Below are positions 57,201 through 64,000 of a stretch of DNA of 64,000 bases, piece by piece (within the stretch, counting starts at the first letter, position 1; every line of letters begins with the position of its first letter). Origin of the DNA: Cyanidioschyzon merolae (taxonomy: Eukaryota); NCBI GenBank assembly GCA_000091205.1, contig AP006490.2; one strand, given 5' to 3'. The notes beneath the pieces were generated by a model. It was not told the DNA's origin. It did no database searches and saw only the letters and a program-made list of their open reading frames with translations. A program made the position numbers and the translations under genes.

Positions 57201-58494
57201 CTCCAAGTCCGATGCATATTCCTGCTACAATCGAAGACTTGCCGCTGCCATTGGGGCCCACCACGAGATTTAGGGTCCTCCCAGGCCTAATCTCCATTTC
57301 ATCGAACGCGAGAAAATGGTGCAGTCGGAGACGCAGGAGTTGACCTCGACGCCAGCCCGCTGTCTCTTGCCCGGAGTGACACGATTCGGTCACTGTTGCA
57401 GCAGGGTCCAGTTGAATATGGCGCTTATCGCGATGTAGTCGCGGCCGCATTGCTGTCGTCGCCGTCGCGGCATCCGCGGGGCCAGGTTGCGATAGCGCAG
57501 CGCTTCCATGTAGAGCACTGCCTGCTGCTCTGGATGGACCACTGGATGTGACCAATCCAGTGGCAACACGTAGCGCAGGAGCTGGCGATACCTTCCCTGC
57601 TGTGTCCGCGACCTGATCCGGGCCAGTCAGAGTCTCTGCAGTAGAGCAGCGTCCGAGAGCCGCGGGCAGCGCGCTCGCCTCGCTGTGCGCTTTCTCGTCA
57701 TGAACGTCGCTCTCATCGTCGCTGCTTGAGGCAGCAGTAAGCGCTCGTTGGCTCTCGGGCCCGGTGAACGTGTTCAGTGCGGGCGGTAACGTGCGTGTGC
57801 TGGCCGTTCGGGAGCACTGGGGTATCGACTCCGGTGAAAGTCGCTTCGAGGGCGACTCGCTGCTGTCGCGCTGTGCGCGCGAAGCTACCCGCACTACTGC
57901 TGCTTCTGCTGTTGCAGCGGCGGGAACAGTAGATCTACCGTATGTGCTCGATGCGCCCCTGAAAAATTGTTCAAGCTCTTCTTCGGGCACTTGTGCACGT
58001 GTCGATGACTTTGCCGCATTACCTCGCTTCCGAACGTTAAGACGTGTCTCGCGTGTTCGTGGTGATACCTGTGCTTCCGCCTGGGAGCATTCCGCGCCTG
58101 TTGCGACTTGCGTTTTCGATGTATGCTCTGCCGTCGAGCGCCCGCTTCGAGCGGTACCGTGCTTGTGGCCTTCTTGTATCGTTTCAGGGGCGGCGGATGT
58201 GGGTCGCTGCTTGCGTTTCGCAGTAGCTTGCCTGTCCGAGTCCGCCGCGGACGTCAGGTCGGCACGACTGCCGTAGTAAACATCTACCCTCTTATGGGCC
58301 GCATGCCTTTCAGGTTCTTTTCGGATGTGCGTTCGCTTTCGGGACGGTGAGGTCGCCACAAGAGCGGGCTCGTGATCGCTCTCCGAATCACTGCAGAAGG
58401 CAAAGGGATCATCGCTTGCCGCAGTGGGTGACTCAGCGTCGATGCCCCGTCGGAGGCTGCTTTCTCGCCTCTTTTGTTGCTTTACCCGAGGCAT
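54226..58494 (-). CDS. SMC5: SMC5 (structural maintenance of chromosomes 5); true start uncertain
   Basis: N-terminal head LVVGPNGSGKSSIVAGICIGLGG, long coiled coils, and C-terminal head HSGGEKMVATMLFLLAMQ...RVIDEINQGMDPHNER (SMC5-type). The ORF is open for 1452 codons from a GTG call. The Walker A sits about 440 codons in, so either a ~350-aa Ser/Ala-rich N-terminal extension from the ATG at 58494 is real, or translation starts near 57450 (MRPRLH). Confidence 0.85.
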   Translation of the reverse strand: MPRVKQQKRRESSLRRGIDAESPTAASDDPFAFCSDSESDHEPALVATSPSRKRTHIRKEPERHAAHKRVDVYYGSRADLTSAADSDRQATAKRKQRPTSAAPETIQEGHKHGTARSGRSTAEHTSKTQVATGAECSQAEAQVSPRTRETRLNVRKRGNAAKSSTRAQVPEEELEQFFRGASSTYGRSTVPAAATAEAAVVRVASRAQRDSSESPSKRLSPESIPQCSRTASTRTLPPALNTFTGPESQRALTAASSSDDESDVHDEKAHSEASALPAALGRCSTAETLTGPDQVADTAGKVSPAPALRVATGLVTSSGPSRAAGSALHGSAALSQPGPADAATATTAMRPRLHRDKRHIQLDPAATVTESCHSGQETAGWRRGQLLRLRLHHFLAFDEMEIRPGRTLNLVVGPNGSGKSSIVAGICIGLGGKLELLSRAPVLSSYIKHGCERARIDVELFDPDASGTRRRISRSFSRDGRGGFTLDGESVSKRTIEELCAHYDIQLDNICTFLPQERVPELVECTPTELLRQTIRAVFGSAALEAFEALAEQQANGAAWASRLAAHEARLADWIRQNEALEAQLRFYEERQALLQEIEQMRLYRPYCIYEICRQEAIAARDAFKTVDRVYRAKCADWERLCAPLRAMQQEWLQLQHERDAQKQVLSDLSVAARQQQADMNEALARFDEANDALARLAQDLAERKRNYEGCQHKVERLETELAALMQRTGTEAELEKRIEEKRRERQQIAERLLSVSDAMRNLEQQHLAPLQSQFQELQNQRDRLRNIRQQRLALIQRRNPHSQVIECYQFITAQREAGRFRGQVWGPLPLEVRTSDAFYSDVLETVLGGWLEVVFVFEHPEDERIVFQESQRNHWRVNTIALVRPDVSLAPPAPVASVEPLGVRAFLSDCFEAPENLKKALADAVPIHLIAVADAEAGRHVRELALKHRVYAVFTPQNGYRSRLSRYNAESVSIRVEALQRRRAGLYAMPDERQVAQLDDQLAQLDAQRAHWRAQAAALAEQEKALRIQERSLQQELASLLEDRKQLRHAQQRLTMQRSLMETIARDLQNTAKDDEKRKRWQRAASEAAHHYAQLVIAGAEQLAQHQAAIAALVERTWLMLDKQRLLSAGERSLATAALEMQTLLQQRDDARQRVDEAKSRMRQKRQEAEAVAPLTAALQQQLRAWQFPTSVEELDERIARAQARADALTSVSAEVVQVYERRQQQIEALRQQLERERAQHATALRELHQESQRWLRDLRTLVRSISLAFSRLLQQLHCAGQVDLLEDEELRRLALRIQVQFRANEPLRTLSAQHHSGGEKMVATMLFLLAMQRHARPPIRVIDEINQGMDPHNERAIIQMMMEEAQVSDDASSQFPQTLLVSPKLLLDLKYNQQLVMHCVWNGPHMRLQADGDSSESTSA

Positions 58495-60514
58495 AGAGCA
58501 GCTCTCGACGGAACTGGAATTTCGTGCAACCCTGCTTGGAACCAAGGGGCAAGACGTAGAAGCGTGCCAACGACGCTGCTGCACTGTCAGGCACGAGGTC
58601 GCGCCAGCTCCCCAGGCACCGCAAGCGTGACGCTGTGTGCCCGAACCTTGCGATCAGCACCCTCGTAAGCTATTCAGCGGCTGCAGTACCTGAAGTTCCT
58701 CTTTCTGGAGCGTTCCGTAAACACTCACTGATGATCAACCGCTTCGTTGGAGTAAGTTCCGCAGCAAAACGCGCCAAAACGGTGTGAACGTTTTGCGCGC
58801 CGCTTTTGGCGCGTTCTACGACACCTGCTGAAAAGTGCGCTGTGCTGTGCTGTGCAGCGCTGCATACGCATAGAGAAACTCAAAGAGCAGTGAGGTTTTG
58901 AATACCTCGATCAGCGTGCTTTTTGTTCTTATTGGTTCGTATGTCAGGTATTGAACGAATGGGGAGCACCCAGTCGATAGGGAAAATGTCAAGGAAAGCA
59001 CTTGTGCTGTCACAGTTAACGAACGAGACGTGTCTTTGTTCGACCTGTCAGTTATTCAACGATCTGCGGGGAGAGGAACCATCCTTCTCGTTGTCCTTGT
59101 TCTAGAAATCGTACACCCAAAATGGAACCCTTCAAACTCTATTCCTATGAGTTCGCTCTTGCCAATTAATTCCATTCTATACGTTCTTTAAGACCTAGTA
59201 CAAAACTAGTCACAGGATGCCGAGGTTCCGTACTGCTGCTTCGAAAGGTGATGGGTAGACGTGAACGCTCGAAGCAACCGGTATAATTGTATTGGAGACC
59301 GTGCCATATTGAATGACAAACTATTGGCTTCGTCCTGAAATACGAACGCTTCGAATATGGAAGAAAGATGCTCATCTACCTCGATGAGACTTCATTCGGG
59401 GCAAATGGTACACCCTAAGACGGGTACTCAGAGAGCGACAAAGCGCTGTCTGTCAAGGACGTATAAGCGAGCGCTCGGATAATATCAGCTCCTGAGGCGA
59501 TACTGTTATGGCATCGCGTGCCGGTCACGGAACGGGCAGGCTGGTTCTGCCCCAACTCCATTTTCGAAGCACTCTTCGTGGCTTCTCCTACCCAGCTTCT
59601 TCACCCTCGATCATTCACGAATCCGCTTCTCATCACTCAAAAGCGGTCACGGAGTTTGCAGTTGCGACTCTCGTTGAGCTGCTATTCGTCCGAGCAAGTC
59701 CTTTCTAGTACAATGCAGTCCAAGGTGTCTTCTCTGTCGTCAAAAGACATTTTTGAGCTCACAGTCCAATGGACGAGTCGTTCGTGCCCCTGGCACCATT
59801 CTGTACCGAAACCGGCCCTGGACTGCTCGGGTGCTCCTCTGTTCGTGCGCATGCTCGAGTAGAAAGACGCGCTGCGGTCTGTAGGTATGCTCGTGACGGA
59901 GGAGTCACGAAAATGTACCCAGGGATTCGGGAATAGACACAGAGATGGGGTGAGCTTCAGTCGTACCGTCCACAAAGAGCGTCTGAATCGCGAAGCGAAA
60001 AGGCTGTCGTGTCTGGCCACGATAGTCATATCGTCCCGCTTTTTCGAAGAGAATGCGATGAAACCAACGGGCTTCGAAGAGAAAGTTCCTTCCCAAGACA
60101 GGACCAGGAGATACCGGAAGAAAAGCATTTGTTCCAGAAATATACGTCAGAAAACGTTCTTCAAAGCCCTGCTGCTAAAACACATCGACGGAGAGAATCT
60201 TCCCATAGATGAGATGCAGGCTGCCACTTAAGGATCGCATAGGATCCTACTTTTGAAAGGCAAACCTTGCTTCGCTCGCCTAGCCGCACCTCGTTCTCCA
60301 ACTGTTCGTAGGAACTCTGGACACGGGGCTGCCAACTAACCACATCTCTCCGGGATTTCTCGATCAAACTCTCGAATGAAAACACACCTGATGCTCGGTA
60401 CAGAGGGCTACCATATGGCCTGATCGAAGGATGAACGATGCCCAGCAACGCCTCCCAGAATACCTTGACACTTCGCTGCTGCACACCTGCGGCCAGAATG
60501 GCCATAGCGCAGAT

Positions 60515-60975
60515 GCCATAAAGTATGATACCATCCTCAAAACCCATATACGGGGCAAACATTGTCGCCATAAAGTATGATACCATCCTCAGAACCCATA
60601 TACGGGGCAAACATTGTCGCCATAAAGTATGATACCATCCTCAGAACCCATATACGGGGCAAACATTGTCGCCATAAAGTATGATACCATCCTCAAAACC
60701 CATATACGGGGCAAACATTGTCGCCATAAAGTATGATACCATCCTCAAAACCCATATACGGGGCAAACATTGTCGCCATAAAGTATGATACCATCCTCAG
60801 AACCCATATACGGGACAAACATTGTCGCCATAAAGTATGATACCATCCTCAGAACCCATATACGGGGCAAACATTGTCGCCATAAAGTATGATACCATCC
60901 TCAAAACCCATATACGGGGCAAACATTGTCGCCATAAAGTCTGATACCATCCTCAGAACCCATATACGAGACAAT
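60515..60975. repeat. 52-bp satellite x9
   Basis: gccataaagtatgataccatcctcaRaacccatatacggggcaaacattgtc repeated at an exact 52-bp period from 60515 to 60931, with two alternating variants (caaaac and cagaac). The minus-strand MPRIWVLRMVSYFMA ORFs are repeat artefacts. Confidence 0.85.
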
Positions 60976-63119
60976 GTTGAACGCCTCGTGATGCGTTCCA
61001 CGTGCTCGTTGTATGCTCAGGCTACCGGCGTAGAGAAAGGGAGCGCTGATGGGAGGAGTTCTGTCTCGTGTCGATAGAAGCAGTTGACGAGCTGGCTGTG
61101 GAGCAGGCATCGAGATGGTAGCGAACCTGGAAGAGATGCCGTCGCAGCGACAGCGACCGTTACTTCAGATCCTCCAAGCTCATGGTGTTAGGTGCCGGCC
61201 TCGGAGCTACGCAAGTCGTATCCCGAGGACGGTTCAAATGCGACTACTGCCCTGCACCTTGCGCTATATCGTGCTCCCGAACAGAGCCGCTCAATACAAA
61301 TCAGAGTTTCTCCCCGCACAGAAGCGCCCTCATATCCTCTGGCGTATATTCGATATGGTTTCCATACGTAGGATTGAGAATCATTATATCACTGTAAACA
61401 GTTTTGTGGTGTATGGGTGCCTCATTGCCCTGCGACTGATCTCAACGATTAGGTGCGTAGTATTGCCACAATGTCGCGAAAAGGATTGGCGGAGCTCGCT
61501 TACGGTACCGCGTTCATATGGGGAAAATCCAAATAAAATCTCAGACACAACGGTGACCGACGGAATATCAGTTCGCACGCACTTGGTTGCACATAGGCCA
61601 AAGTGGACCAACGAGACTCATTTTGAACTGTGCAACGTAGACGAAGAGCAAGACTCGGCGTTGCGCGAGGATCCTGGGTAGAACGGCGTCCTGGTCGTCG
61701 CCGTGCCTCTCTTTTTAATCCAGACTACACAGCCCAATACCCGACGGCAAACCAGTTGGAGATGCTCGGCTTTTCCAGACCTATGTATCAAGAGCGTCGA
61801 GCATGATTGACACCAGCAGGTATCACAAGAGAGGGAATCACGGCATCGTGACCCTGTTATACGCTCTGAGCACCGTATCGTACTGAAGTGTATACTTAGT
61901 ACACTCGATCCAGAGAGAACGAGAGCATCTATGTGGCACGTGCGGACGCACCTCGGCAGACGTGTTTGAAACCGCTCTGGGATCGCCAACGATTCGTTTG
62001 TACAAAGGCCAGAAGTCCGCTTTGTCAGCTTGTTCAATGCCTTGAGAAAGGAAATGCGCGATAAAACTCGTCATTCGGATGTAGTCTACCGCGCTGGACG
62101 TGTGGGCATGCGCACGAGTAGCACGCCATTCCCCTCTGACGAGAGCGTATAACGAGTGCAGGAATCGATACTGTGCGATTACCCCTGATGCCTTCGAGAC
62201 GACATACAACCATTACGAGCACAAACACAGGACGAAACAGGTCGAGCACAAGATCGTGAAACGGTTATGGGTGCATGACCTGGTGTACTGGAAGCTGACC
62301 GAACCTCAGATATTTGAGCAATCGAAGGTGAGAGGCTCGCTGTGGAGCGATTCCACCTGCAACAGAACGTGCAAGCACTTGCTGTTGCGCGACTTGATCG
62401 CTTCGCTCAAAATCAGGAAATATCTCAAGTCCTTCCACAATTTCTCCCGGCTTTTTGTCGAGCAAGCTTTCGATAAAATCACTGAATACTCGGCATGCGC
62501 TTGGTGCTCAAGTGCTGCACGCTTCCGGTGAAAATAAAACAGGTGGCCAGGAGAATCAACAATGGATTCCCCCCTGGAGCAAGGCATTAATTGGGTACAT
62601 TCAACGAGCCAGAAAAGCTGGAGCGCTGTTCATGTATCCGTCGGGGACGATTCTCGTGGGCACTGTTGAACCGTCCTGGTAACCTCCAAGTCTACCATAC
62701 GAGTTCAAGAAACATGATCAGGATCATTCCATTCCATCCACACGTTCAACATCGACAAGCTAGCTTGGGATGTTCAGTTTACAATCTAGAAGAGCGTAAA
62801 CTATCCTGGATATAAAACTAGAACCTGACAACACCACACAAACAATGCTTTATGGAGTGCGCTTTTGCCAGATCTTGTCGCTTTGGAAGACTAGTCGCCG
62901 ATGTCCATTTCCGTTCGCAGCGCGTCAAGCAAAGAGCAGCAGACGTTTTCGGTACGGCGTTACGGAACGTTTCTTTGCTGGTCAGCTGGGCGGCAGACAT
63001 CAATCACCCTGTGACTGCAAATAGGCAGAGTTGCAGCGGGGAAGCACACGCGCTTCCACCTACAGGAGACCACAGACGGGACTCCCCTGAGGCTGTACGA
63101 GCCTTTGTACGAGTTCCGC

Positions 63120-64000
63120 ATGCAATCGGACGATGCAACGGAGCTCGGAAAGCACGCCTCTCACCAAGATCGAGAAACGCACTCGCCTGAGGATTCAGCT
63201 ACAAAAGCGCGTGCTCTGGGTACAGCAGCCGACCCGCTTGAGCGCTACAGGGCCCTGCTTAGCGACTCGCGAAGCTCGAGTTCCCGTCCGCCAGAGCTGC
63301 CTCTATTGCAGGAGCTCTATGGCGACGTTCACGCTGCCCTGGTAGACGTATGTTGTACGTTTCTAGACCGACTCGCCCGACTGCTCCAGGACGAGGCAGC
63401 TACGAGTGCGGCGCTCGGCACTGGCGAGGCGCTGCTACAGCACAACATAGCTTTACTCACCTCCGTTCGAGAGGCTCGCGCTGTGCTCCTGGATCCGGCA
63501 CAGGGCAGCCTCTGGTTTCCTTTGCGAAAAGCCTATGCGTACAGGTCTCGCCTTGCAGAGGCCGAAAAATGCTATCAGATAGCTGTGCAGGCGGAACGTA
63601 TCGCGAGACACCTCGCAACCCAAGACGTTGTCCACGACTTGACCTCTTTTGGCCGCACCCTCGCGTCATTACACGAGTCATTGGAGGAACTGCGACGCTT
63701 TCCGAGCCTCAAGGCGGCCACAGAAGAACTGTTTTCGCTCGAGGAGCGTTCCTGGTCACAGTTTCAGCAGGCCTGGCGAAAACAGCTGGCACGCTGGCTA
63801 GCCGAAATGCAACACCTGCCGAGCACAAACTTAGAAGAAACGGCTGTGAAATCCTATAACTGGCCTGGCATCGAAGTGTTCTTCCTTCGATGTCAGAGAC
63901 AGGCGGACTTTGTTGAGATTGTAGCCCGCCTTACCGCCGAAAGCATCGAGCAGCGGTTGCGAACAAACGCTGCCGTTGCACGAGTGGAAGAAGCGCTCAC
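63120..64000 (+). CDS. Hypothetical protein, 5' partial CDS running off the window end (at least 293 aa, helical/Leu-rich)
   Basis: A frame open from the stop at about 63012 to 64000 with the first ATG near 63120 (MQSDDATELGK...AVARVEEAL). It is absent from the ORF track, presumably because it lacks a stop inside the window. No domain recognised. Confidence 0.35.
   Translation, partial: MQSDDATELGKHASHQDRETHSPEDSATKARALGTAADPLERYRALLSDSRSSSSRPPELPLLQELYGDVHAALVDVCCTFLDRLARLLQDEAATSAALGTGEALLQHNIALLTSVREARAVLLDPAQGSLWFPLRKAYAYRSRLAEAEKCYQIAVQAERIARHLATQDVVHDLTSFGRTLASLHESLEELRRFPSLKAATEELFSLEERSWSQFQQAWRKQLARWLAEMQHLPSTNLEETAVKSYNWPGIEVFFLRCQRQADFVEIVARLTAESIEQRLRTNAAVARVEEAL

Noticed and set aside
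1-64000. tRNA, 5S or snRNA genes in the intergenic regions, searched by eye for T-loop GGTTCGAATCC-like boxes
   Set aside because: Only imperfect matches (for example around 12125, 22165 and 33575) without complementary acceptor or T stems. A proper tRNAscan or Infernal run is needed.

Overview
This window is a GC-rich, gene-dense, apparently intron-poor eukaryotic nuclear segment, probably from a protist-like organism; I cannot identify the taxon from sequence alone. All three standard stop codons are used. The six-frame ORF track calls TTG and GTG starts as M, so I moved several CDS starts to the first internal ATG. Most genes are long single-exon housekeeping genes: EF-1alpha, a UBE2H-like E2, adenylate kinase, a tRNA-splicing endonuclease subunit, an ABCA transporter, an OMA1-like M48 protease, a C2H2 zinc-finger protein, an SLC35/TPT transporter, a LAS1-like nuclease, an oxysterol-binding protein, XPB/ERCC3 helicase and SMC5. 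There are also a SulP sulfate permease and a TauE/SafE-like permease. The standout is two diverged, inverted copies of a TnpB/Fanzor-like RuvC nuclease element that bracket the SulP gene. Copy 1 (6.25-8.0 kb, minus strand) is near full length but interrupted by stops and a frameshift. Copy 2 (10.68-11.33 kb, plus strand) is a 3' fragment sitting in the SulP 5' flank. Both carry the RD-NAA-NI RuvC-III hallmark and share a non-coding tail past the stop where an omega/guide RNA would lie. The other notable structures are a ~118-bp satellite arranged in a ~355-bp three-monomer higher-order repeat (39.9-40.75 kb), a 52-bp satellite of 9 copies (60.5-61.0 kb) and a CA-rich ~85-bp tandem between the convergent XPB and SMC5 3' ends. 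Coordinates derived by hand (repeats, homology breakpoints) are approximate to a few bp.
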